Shown one piece after another: positions 53,548-64,000 of a DNA stretch of 64,000 bases. The notes below the pieces were generated by a model. That model saw only the letters and a program-made list of their open reading frames with translations, had not been told where the DNA came from and did no database searches. The translations under genes were made by a program, and so were the position numbers. The DNA lies in NCBI RefSeq assembly GCF_006345805.1, contig NC_043001.1, forward strand, positions 125,736,001-125,800,000, in the 5' to 3' direction. This stretch comes from Octopus sinensis. Taxonomy: Eukaryota. Position 1 is the first letter of the stretch, and each line of letters opens with the position of its first letter.

Positions 53548-54418
53548 CTTAGAGGCTCCTGTTTGCTCATTCATATTAAGTAGACATAAATGGTGCGGCG
53601 TAAGTTCTTGCTGACTTTAAATTAACAAATATGGTTTATTAAGCTATCCTCTTCGTTTGATGGAAAGGAGGTAAGTAGAAGACGGGAGTTTAGAAAACTT
53701 GAGATGGAGAAAAGGGAGCATATTGACATAACGAAAATTACCAATTAACAAATTAGATTTGTTAATTAGATTAGGTAAACTTTTAATCGTGTCAGGTTAT
53801 TTTACAAACAAAGAAGAAAGATTTTTAAAAAAACAATTGTTGCCCTAATTTTGCTAGATTTGGTTTGTTAATTAGTGTAAATATTTGTCATGCATTTCGT
53901 ACGTGGAAACTATTTCAGAGTTTGTACGAAGATTTTGTTTCAAAGGTTCGAGAGTTAGTTCCCTTTGTTTGAACATCATGTACGAGCTGTTTGCCTGCTC
54001 TGTCTGTCTGTCTTCTCTCTGTTTATGTATCTAGTTTCCACTTCTTCCCGGTCCCCCCCCCTCCCTTCGTGAATCCCTAGTATGTGTCTTGCATCCTTTC
54101 GGGGTCAATAAAGTACCAGGTGATATAATCGACTAGCCCCACCATCCCCAAAATGTTGGTTTTTGTGCCTATAATAGAAGGGATTGTTGGTATTCTTCCT
54201 CGAGTGAGAGAGCAGTGCTTGCCATCAAAGTGACACTGGGGTAAAATATACGAAGCCCAGTATACCCATCATGACCATTCGTCTGATAAGGGTACACAAC
54301 CATATGTGCGTGACATGGTGATCTCAAGATAACCAGCACATGACCTTGAAGGTGGGGCCCAGTTAGAATTTTCTTCTGGTCAAGTAACCCATCCCGCTCA
54401 AAAAGTCCCTGAATAAGG

Positions 54419-54469
<51 letters not shown>

Positions 54470-54495
54470 TATTATTATTATTATTATTATTTCAG

Positions 54496-54593
54496 GAACA
54501 TAAGAAGATTATGTTTTACTTTCCCAAGAAAGTTGACATCGACACCAAAATGAAACAGATTGGTCTAAGTGAAGCAATTGTCCAGTTTACTAA
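54496..54593 (+). CDS. CCZ1: CCZ1 coding exon 2
   Basis: ttcag|EHKKIMFYFPKKVDIDTKMKQIGLSEAIVQFT(K)|gtaagt; matches the recalled EENKILFYHP...VGLCEAIVQFT; phase 0 in, phase 2 out. Confidence 0.92.
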
Positions 54594-56132
54594 GTAAGTT
54601 TGTTTTAGGATGTTATGTTTTCCAGGATTTCCTTTTATATTGTCATTGTATTTTGTTTCTATATTTGTCTGTTGCTTTTTACTTGCCAAACCTGAATTTG
54701 AAGAAATGCCATTTTGCATTCCATGACTTCGAAATTAATGGACACATAGTGGCACGTAAAAAGCACCATCTGTCCGTGGCCCTCTGGCACCTGTGCGGGT
54801 GGCACGTAAAAAGAAACCCACTACACTCACGGAGTGGTTGGCGTTAGGAAGGGCATCCAGCCGTAGAAACATTGCCAGATCAGACTGGGCCTGGTGCAGC
54901 CTTCTGGCTTCCCAGACCCCAGTTGAACCGTCCAACCCATGCTAGCATGGAAAGCGAACATTAAACAATGGATGATGATGATGCATGATTGTGTGGATAA
55001 GAAGCTTGTTTTCTAAACCAAGTAACTTTGCTTTCAAGGCAGATCTCTTAAAGTATAGCCTCTGCTTAATCAAAGATGTGTGCATTGTTGTTTGTCATCA
55101 GCATTTTTGTCTGCTTTCCATGCTGACATAGGTTAGATATTTTGACCAGATCTACCAAGCTGGAGGAACATGATTTGCTCCATGTTCCCACTTTTGACAT
55201 GCTTCCTGTGACTGGATTCCCTTTCTAATGTCAAAACATACACACACACACACTAACTGCATAAATGGAAAAACAGTGATTTAGAGAATCATGGTAATAT
55301 AGTTTGGGAACAGGGTAAAAATATTTAAGCATGAAAATTACATTTTGACTTTAACCCTTTAGCATTTAGACCAGCCATATCCAGCCTCAAAGATGCTCCC
55401 TGTTTTATGTTCTAACTCACCAAATCCAGGCTGTCTCACATACCCTTCAATGTTATTCTAAAAATATACAATCGCATCAAAATTTCAAAGTTATGAGATA
55501 ATGCATGATTAATTAAAAATAATATGAATGAAAAAAGTATTAAATTTGTCAATAATCATCATCATCATAATCAATGGGCTGGTGAACCAGATGGCTGCAC
55601 CAGGCTCCAATCTTGATCTGGTAGAGTTTCTACAGCTGGATGCCCTTCCTAATGCCAACCACTCCAAGAGTGTAGTGGGTGCTTTTACATGCCACCAGCA
55701 TGGAGGCCAGTCAGGTAGTACTGGCAATGACCTTGCTCAAATGTTTTTTCACGTGCCAGTTAGTCACTCTGGCAACGATCACACCAGTAAGGCAACGCTG
55801 GTAATGATCACACTCAAAGGGTTAAAATATTTAATAATCCAATATTTTGGACAAATATATCCTTCTTCATAGGGTAAAGAGAAGAGGAAAATGGCTATGC
55901 TCATTGGAGGTTTATGTCTGTATGATTTTATACCCACATACACACACACACATATTAGTGTATAGTCTTTTATTTTTAAAAATACACAAACATGAAAGTG
56001 TACAATGTAACTATGTGTTAGAATGTAGTTTATTGTTTGTTTGTAAAGGTGTAAGATTAAGAGACATTATATTCCCATATAACAGGTTCATTGCAGCTGA
56101 GTGCAGTTGATGGCAAGGTTTATTGAAGAAAA

Positions 56133-56498
56133 CCAGCCTTCATCAGGTGTCTTGGGGAAATTTCGAACCTGGGTTCTCATTCCTAAGGTATTTTTTGATG
56201 TTGTTGTTGTTGTTGTTGTTGTTGTTATTATTATTATTCCACTGGTGTCATGATATTCAAGCCAGGTGGTATTAGCTTTGAGTCTCTATACCTACACAGG
56301 AAAGTTAGATGGTTTGAAAGACGAGCTAGTTTTTGATGGAGTTTCTCTATATGTCTCCATTGAAGTCTAATGTCAGCTCCGTGCCAATTAGATAACAAAG
56401 TTTTATATGGTGACATACAGAGAACACTCCATCAAAAACTAGCTCCTCTTTCAAACCATCTAACTTTCCTGTGTAGATGTAGACACTCAAAGCTGGCT

Positions 56499-56532
<34 letters not shown>

Positions 56533-56612
56533 CAACAACAACAACATCGAAAAATACCTTAGGAATGAGAATCCAGGTTCGAAATTTCCCCAAGACACCT
56601 GATGAAGGCTGG
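56133..56612. mobile_element. ~480-bp foldback of a Penelope-like 5' region (inverted pseudo-LTR)
   Basis: 56133-56230 and 56257-56360 pair with 56410-56612; minus ORF piece HIEKLHQKLARLSNHLTFLCRYRDSKLIPPGL resembles PLE N-termini. Confidence 0.8.
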
Positions 56613-56639
56613 AAGGTTTATCAGCCGAAACGTTGTGTT
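56594..56639 (+). ncRNA. Minimal type I hammerhead motif (PLE type)
   Basis: gacac-CTGATGA-a-ggctg..cagcc-GAAA-CG-TT-gtgtt; palindromic ACGU stem III; GUU triplet. Confidence 0.72.
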
Positions 56640-56776
56640 AACCACAAACAAGATGAGGACAAATATCCATCAAATGTCAATAATGTAACCCTATGTATAT
56701 TTTCTAATTTCTTGAGTAAATTCATTTTCTTTTTTCAAATTCTAAATTCTGATTATCTTTTCCTCCTCATTTTCAG

Positions 56777-56867
56777 GACATTTACAGATAAACCTTGTAA
56801 AAGTCTACACACTCAAAAACATCGACAAATATTTCATGAACCTGAAGAAAGTTTCTGGATGGTTGTG
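56777..56867 (+). CDS. CCZ1: CCZ1 coding exon 3
   Basis: tttcag|TFTDKPCKSLHTQKHRQIFHEPEESFWMVV|gtaaat; matches the recalled KSLHTQKNRQFFNEPEENFWMV; phases fit exons 2 and 4. Confidence 0.93.
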
Positions 56868-56908
56868 GTAAATTTAAGAGTTTATTTTGTCCATTTTTGT
56901 TTTTATTT

Positions 56909-56942
<34 letters not shown>

Positions 56943-57829
56943 TTTAATGTTGTTAGAGCTTCTTTGTAATCTTTGTGTAATCACTAGAACTTTGGATATC
57001 TTCATGGGCAGAAAAAGAGGGACTAGCAATGCCACTGTAGACAGACGGAGCAGCTTTTCGGTCACTAACCCTTTTGATATCAACCTGCCTGAGACTCACC
57101 TTGTCATCTTATACTTCGTGTTGGATTTCACAACTTAGACCTAGGAAGACATGGGATGAGGTGGTGAAATAAGATCATTTGTTGTTGAGTTATATGGAGG
57201 CAATGACAAGTGACCGAGACTTCTGGTGATTTGCTGTGCTTGAGAAGACACAAGAAGCTAAGTGAAATCGTGGTCATGGCCAGTGACACATAAAATGCAC
57301 CCAGGACCCTGTAAAATGGTTCGCATTAAGAAGGAAAGCCAAGCCAAAACAGCAAAAGAACCTGCCTCAGCTTTCTGGCTTACTAACTCTGGTCAAACCA
57401 TCTAATGGATATTAAATGATGAGAATGTGGATGATCCATTCTTTTCAGTCCAGATGGCGCTATAGTACTCCAATCTATTTCACTCACTCTCTCTCTATAT
57501 CAATATTTTACATATTATATGTTATTAACCGTAGCTTCTATTGCACTCTAGTTGAAAAGTTTAGTCATTTGTTTAAACTGTTAGCATTGTGACCAAATCT
57601 ACCTCAACAGTCTTTCACTAAAAATACAATTCTAATTTCTTTGAACAACATTCACGGTAAGCACACTATAGCCATGGCTTAGATACAGGTGCTTATCCTT
57701 AATTAATTTTGTATTAGAGGCATCTCTGAACACTGCCTCTATGTATATAAGCTATTCCTCACTGAATAATAACTACAGAAAGCATCTGTATTTTTGTGAT
57801 CATGTATATGTTGTAGTCTGTGATTTTCG

Positions 57830-58190
57830 ACATGGAAAGGAAGTTGGAACAAAGAGCCAACATGACATTTTGTGTTGAACTTGGGAAATGGCATCCAACC
57901 AAAGTACAGATATACAGGAAACTACCACCTGTATCATCTCTTGTGAAAGGTAGGAGAGTCCAGTTTGCTGGACATTGTTGTAGAGCTGAAAACGAGGTAA
58001 TTTCTACTCTTCTCCTCTGGACGCCATCTGCTCGCAATACCAGAGGGCGCACACTCTCCTACCCTGATGTAATCTCCAGGGATACAGACATCCAGCAACA
58101 GGACCTCAGTAATGCTATGATGGACCATGAAGTCTGGCGTAACATAGTAAATTCCATTGTCTCGACCACGGTCGAACAATGATGATGATG
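57830..58190 (+). mobile_element. RTE-like LINE 3' end with (GAT)n tail
   Basis: HPTKVQIYRKLPP..RRVQFAGHCCR...MMDHEVWR, stop at 58182, then tgatgatgatg. Confidence 0.75.
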
Positions 58191-58517
58191 ATTCTATCAT
58201 AATATCAACACAATGCAAGCATCACCACCACTCAAAAATTAAGAAGCAAAAATTTAGCATTCATGTACACACACACACACAAAAATGGATTTACTACAGT
58301 TTCTATCTACCAAATTTATTCATAAAGCATTGGTCAGCTGGAGTCTCTTATAAAAGATAGTTGCCCAATCAGCCATACAGTGGAACCAAACACAAAACCA
58401 TGTAGTCGCAAAACAGACTTTTTAACCACATATCTGTGTCTGCACCTATACATATATATACATTTCTACATGTGTTTTATATATATATATATTAATTCTT
58501 TTTATATATGCTTCCAG

Positions 58518-58640
58518 ACTATTACAATACCATCAAGTGAAAAAATAAAGGATGGACAGTCATTTATTGACTATCAAGATGAAGAAGTACAAGATCTAGT
58601 GTATGATTGTGTTTTAAAACAAGCTTACCGGATGTTTAAG
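58518..58640 (+). CDS. CCZ1: CCZ1 coding exon 4
   Basis: cttccag|TITIPSSEKIKDGQSFIDYQDEEVQDLVYDCVLKQAYRMFK|gtatgt. Confidence 0.93.
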
Positions 58641-58665
58641 GTATGTTCAGTGGATCATTCAGTCA

Positions 58666-60433
58666 TCTATATATATATATATAATTCTTTGTCTGTTTGT
58701 CCCCTATGCATTCTCAAGTAACTCCACCAGATCAAATCAAATTTTACAGGGTAAATAGTATTACACCCCGCAAGTGTCAACATGTAATTTTTATTTTCAT
58801 TTGGATTAAAACAATGTAACATTTTCTCTAAAATAATCTTTCTTTAGTCAACTATAGTAAAGGACATTTTATACCATAACAACGATGACACATTTTGTAT
58901 ATGAGTGTGTGTATGTGTCTGTGAGTGTGTGTGTGTTTGTGCATTTGATACGTACAAGATAGTAAAGGACATTTTATACAACCTCCACCACACATTTTGT
59001 TTATGAGTGTGTGTGTGTGTTTGTATGTTCATTATGTACAACATAGTAAAGGACATTTTATACTACCATCATGACACATTTTGTATGAATGTGTCAGTGA
59101 GTGTGTGTATGTTTGCACATTCATTACGTACCATATAGTAGAGGACATTTTATACCACCACCACACATTTTGTATATGAGTGTATGTCTCTGTGAGTGTG
59201 TGTTTGTGCATTTATTACATATGAGATAGTAAAGGACATTTTATACCATGACAATGACACATTTTGTGAGTGTATGTGTCTGAGTGTGTGTGTTTGCATG
59301 TTCATTATGTAAATGTATATCTGTGTGTGTCTGTCTTAGTATATGTATGTGAGTGTATGTGAGACTGTATCAGTGATTGTCAATTACACTGATGTAAACT
59401 GGCTATGTGAAAGAGCTATACTGGCTCCAACTAATGAAATGGTTGATAAACTCAATCATGGACTTCTTCAAAACTTAACAGATACATCAGAAATGACTTT
59501 TCCATCAATTCACACAACAGTTGATCAAGATCAAGCGGTTCAATACTCTGTTGAATTTCTGAACACACTTTCATGAAGCCCCATGTCCTACAGGCAACAA
59601 TCATAACAGGCAGTCACTAAGAAGAAAATGTCCTTTATTCCAAAATTTCCTCTCATACCTACAGATGTTCCATTTGAATTTAAGAGGCTTCAGTTTCTAG
59701 TCAAACTAAGTTTTGGCATTCCTATTAACAAATCTCAGGTAGGATCAGTCCCTCAATGTAGTTGGACTTCTCTCTACTACACGCTTCTCCCACGACTAAC
59801 TCTATGTTGGAAGCAGCAACAATTTATTTATTTGGACACTAACAAAAGATTACACAATGAATATTGTTTACCATGAGGTGCTTCAAGATCAACAGATTTT
59901 TCAGTTCTAAATTCTATTATCATTACAATTCGGATATTTTTTGATAAAATATAGACATTGTGGCTGTGTGGTAAGTAGCTTGCTAACCAACCACATGGTC
60001 CGGGTTCAGTCCCACTGCGTGGCACCTTGGGCAAGTGTCTTCTGCTATAGCCCCGGGCCGACCAATGCCTTGTGACTGGATTTGGTAGACAGAAACTGAA
60101 AGAAGCCCGTCATATATATGTATATATATATGTGTGTGCGTGTATATTTGTGTGTCTGTGTTTGTCCCTCTAGCATTGTCTGACAACCGATGCTGGTGTG
60201 TTTACGTCCCCGTTACTTAGCGGTTCAGCAAAAGAGACCGATAGAATAAGTACTGGGCTTACAAAAGAATAAGTCCCGGGGTCGAGTTGCTCGATTAAAG
60301 GCAGTGCTCCAGCATGGCCGCAGTCAAATGACTGAAACAAGTAAAAGAGTAAAAATATATATCTTCATATTTATTGTTTACGTATCTGAATAAGAACACC
60401 AGTAACCTGGGCAATGCTGGGTAATTCAGCTAG
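58666..60433 (+). mobile_element. Complete non-autonomous Helitron with a PIF1-helicase remnant
   Basis: A|TC at 58666 and hairpin cctgggcaatgctggg plus CTAG|T at 60433; WLCERAILAPTNE..VEFLN and IPTDVPFEFKRLQF..INKSQ; tandem repeats at 58855-59330; nested SINE at 59959-60355. Confidence 0.88.
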
Positions 60434-60790
60434 TTCAATATAAAATTATGCAATTCTCAAATGATCCTTAGCTATTATCATTCTTTTTATAATAAATCCA
60501 TGCAATATGGTACAGTTATTTAAGGCAGTGAACTGGCAGAATCATTAGCACGCCAGGCAAAATGCTTTGTGGCATTTTGTCCATCACTACATTCTGGGTT
60601 CAAATTCCACTGAGGTCAACTTTACCTTTCATTCTTTCAAGGTTGATAAAATAAGTACCAGTTGAGCACTGGGGTCGATGTAATCGATTTACCCCCCCCC
60701 CCCCCAAACTTGCTTGCCTTGTGCCAAAATTTGAAACCAATATGGTATAGTTATTAAGAGGCTTTGATAGATATATGTTAATTAACTTAT

Positions 60791-61243
60791 CTCATCTGGC
60801 ACCTGTGTCGGTGGCACATAAAAAACACCATCCGAGCATGGCCGTCCACCAGCCTCGTCTGGCACCTGTATCGGTGGCACATAAAAAACACCATCCGAGC
60901 GTGGCCGTCCGCCAGCCTCGTCTGGCACCTGTGTCGGTGGCACATAAAAAACACCATCCAAGCATGGCCGTCCACCAGCCTCGTCTGGCACCTGTATCGT
61001 TGGCACATAAAAAACACCATCCGAGCGTGGCCGTCCACCAGCCTCGTCTGGCACCTGTGTCGGTGGCACATAAAATCACCCACTACACTCTCGGAGTGGT
61101 TAGCGTTAGGAAGGGCATCCAGCTGTAGAAACACTGCCAGATCTGACTGGCCTGGTGCAGCCTTCGGGCTCCCCAGACCCCAGTTGAACCGTCCAACCCA
61201 TGCTAGCATGGAAAGCGGATGTTAAACGATGATGATGATGATG
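60791..61243 (+). repeat. RTE 3' UTR copy with a 63-bp unit expanded about 4.5 times
   Basis: Unit starts at 60791, 60854, 60917, 60980 and 61043, followed by the standard (GAT)n tail. Confidence 0.9.
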
Positions 61244-61559
61244 AAGGGAGCTTTCAATGCAAATGATTGGAGAATTTTGGAAACAAAATCATTGATCAGG
61301 GTGCATTTGTATTGATGTCTTATGAATGGGGGATGTTTGCTGGTGGCTGAGTGAGAAAGTGTTATAGTGGACGAATAGTTATGTAGAAGTGGGCTGAAGA
61401 TTTAGATTGAACCTAGTATTGTATTTAATGGTGTAAATTATGCATGGCATCTTAGGTGCACCTCAATTTCAACAGCACATATTCAGCATTAGGGACAAAA
61501 TTAGCTTATGGGAGACACAACTTTGCATATAGGATTTAGGGTGATTCTTTTGAGACATT

Positions 61560-61975
61560 TTTTTGTACAATGTGGAGAATATACTGCCAACTTTGCCCAA
61601 ACGACCTGAACATTAGCTTCAAGGTTCATCCAAGACTGGGACCACGGGCCATACGTCCCCTGCCCAATTCAAGATCACAGCATACATGCACATTGCAACA
61701 TAATTTCTTTTCCTCAACAGGCCCTGCCCTATTTAACATTGTCCCGAAAGAGATCAAAGAGGAAAAAGATCCCATCAACTTTAAATGGAGTCTGGATAGA
61801 TTCCTTCAAGGAATACCAGATAAGCCACCCATAATTTAATACAACTCACCCAACAAAAACTCACTACTTGAATGGACCATAAACAAAACTTGACTTAAAC
61901 AGGATTTAGATAATCCTATCAGGTGGTGCTATTAAGTTAGACATGGCCTGGACCAATCTTTGGTCGAAATATATG
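61560..61975 (+). mobile_element. CR1-like LINE 3' fragment
   Basis: TLQHNFFSSTGPALFNIVPKEI..FKWSLDRFLQGIPDKP. Confidence 0.7.
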
Positions 61976-62087
61976 TAAGTTTATCTGTCACCAAATATGA
62001 TAGGTTAGATCTTAAAATGTTGGATATCTAAGATAACAAATCGCAATATGTAATCAGATGTGCTTCATTACAGACCTATCCAACCCA

Positions 62088-62459
62088 ATGGCCCAGTGGT
62101 TAGGGCAGTGGACTCGTGGTCATAGGATCGCGGTTTCGATTCCCAGACCGGGCGTTGTGAGTGTTTATTGAGCGAAAACACCTAAAGCTCCACGAGGCTC
62201 CGGCAGGGATGGTGGTGATCCCTGCTGTACTCTTTCACCACAACTTTCTCTCACGCTTACTTCCTGTTTCTGTTGTACCTGTTTTTCAAAGGGCCGGCCT
62301 TGTCACTCTTTGTGTCACACTGAATATCCCCGAGAACTACGTTAAGGGTACACATGTCTGTGGAGTGCTCAGCCACTTACACGTTAATTTAACGAGCAGG
62401 CTGTTCCGTTGATCGGATCAACTGGAACCCTCGTCGTCGTAACCGACGGAGTGCTCCTA
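62088..62459 (+). mobile_element. tRNA-derived SINE with 12-bp TSD
   Basis: TSD ctatccaaccca at 62076-62087 and 62460-62471. Confidence 0.9.
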
Positions 62460-62651
62460 CTATCCAACCCATACCACCACCCTAGAAAAACAAACATTTC
62501 AGATACGCAAATGATAATGAAAATGACAACAGCAGTGAGGTTAGATATAACAAACATGAAAATAATGTTGATGGAAAGAATGGGTGATGATAAACATGAC
62601 AGTGAATTTTCCAAATATGTAATTATAACTGTGCTGTTGGTTGTTTTCCAG

Positions 62652-62741
62652 CTATTTAATGGAAGCTTCATGAACATTCTCCAGCGCTCAAAACAGTCTG
62701 TAGTGGCATTACAACAACGATTAGAATACTTCTTTGCAAGG
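62652..62741 (+). CDS. CCZ1: CCZ1 coding exon 5 (the gene continues beyond the window)
   Basis: ttttccag|LFNGSFMNILQRSKQSVVALQQRLEYFFAR|gtaggt; matches the recalled LFNGTF...LKERLEKFFHR. Confidence 0.92.
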
Positions 62742-64000
62742 GTAGGTATCATTTTGTATTTATTCCAGCATCTTTATTTTTACCTTTTCTGTTTTTTGTC
62801 TCTCTCACCATTCGTCCTCTTACAAATCTACAAGGATGTAGTACTATGGTTGTTAAGAACAGTGAAGCCATGCATTAGGAATAAAATTTCTGTCTGTGCC
62901 TTCCTTCTTCCACACACACATTTTGAGAGAAAAAGATATCCATACAAATATATATATGCAATGTTAAAGCTTGTCTCTCCCTCACTATTTTATTATTTCC
63001 CATTGGATGAAATGTCCTTGGTTACATAGGGTTGGGTTAGGGTTATCGATCAACATCAATGGAAATTGTAGCTGTGATACCAGTGCCGATGGCACGTAAG
63101 AGAACCATCCAAATGTGGTCATTGCCAGTGCCGCCCCGACTGGCCTCCTTGCCGGTGGCATATAAAAAGCACCATCCGATCATGGCCGTTTGCCAGCCTC
63201 GTCTGGCACCTGTGCAGGTGGCACGTAAAAGGCACCCACTACACTCACGGAGTGGTTGGCGTTAGGAAGGGCATCCAGCTGTAGAAACACTGCCAGATCA
63301 GACTGGGCCTGATGAAGCCTTCTGGCTTCCCAGACCCCAGTTGAACCGTCCAACCCATGCTAGCATGGAAAGCGGACGTTAAACGATGATGATGATGACA
63401 TACTTCTAATATCAGTCAATACAATAAATAGTAAAGGTTTTCTAGACACTCCAAGACAATGGTCATACAATCCATCTATACACGAAACCAATAAAAATGT
63501 CACAGATTATCTTGCACTTGCTTCTTGCATTCATGCACAAGACCTACTACCTACTAATCTCTTCAGTGTAGCTGCAAACTGCATTCGACTGCTTAAATGA
63601 TAAAAATAATAGAATGCATTCATGTTCATCATCAAATGAAAATAATAAAAAATTAACACTTTAAGTGATAACATTTGATACTGTGAATGATTTTTAATAC
63701 CTAGGTTAATCTGTGATGATCTCAATCAAGGTTTATATGTGATGATCACTTGGAAGTTAATGACACGATCAGCTTGCAGCAAAGTGGCCAATATTTGGAC
63801 ATCTAATTTAACCCTTTAGCGTTCAAATTAATATGTCAGAAGTAATCCTTATTCATTTACATTTAAAAAAATTTATTTGATATTATCTTGTAGCTTCAAG
63901 ATTTGAAAGATGTAATTGTTTATTTTTAGAATGACATTGCAGGGTAGGTGTAAGATGCTGGTTCTGGCCAGTTTGAGCATAAAATGAGCAGAATATTCGG

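Noticed and set aside
60775-61209. Repeat-peptide ORFs (HQPRLAPVSVAHKK...)
   Set aside because: By-product of the 63-bp tandem repeat in a retrotransposon UTR
62409-63029. 206-aa ORF
   Set aside because: Only 62652-62741 is a CCZ1 exon; the rest is SINE tail and intron read-through

Overview
Repeat-dense metazoan genomic DNA, most likely Octopus (inferred from the tRNA-derived SINE families, (GAT)n-tailed RTE tails and very long (TA)n/(CA)n microsatellites). Host content: the first five coding exons of CCZ1 (+, from 44538 and running off the window), a divergently oriented unidentified gene on the - strand (best exon 24404-24643), and an intact-looking U2 snRNA gene (40908-41096). The rest is mostly transposon relics: hAT, maT/DD37D, mariner, Merlin, non-autonomous Helitrons, Tx1/L1-, CR1-, RTE- and CRE-like LINEs, and a Neptune-type Penelope-like element (PLE) with a 485-aa RT+GIY-YIG ORF. 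The most striking feature is a 6.7-kb array of a ~490-bp unit (25396-32069) inside a (TA)n tract. Each unit folds into a type I hammerhead ribozyme, so it resembles a retrozyme multimer. It consists of about 9.6 copies on - and about 4 on +, joined head-to-head, with both outer ends being 3' ends. Four further hammerhead or hammerhead-like motifs of PLE type lie elsewhere in the window. All alignments and folds were done by eye and family names are from recalled motifs, not database searches. The assembly shows homopolymer indel noise and a gap-flanking duplication.
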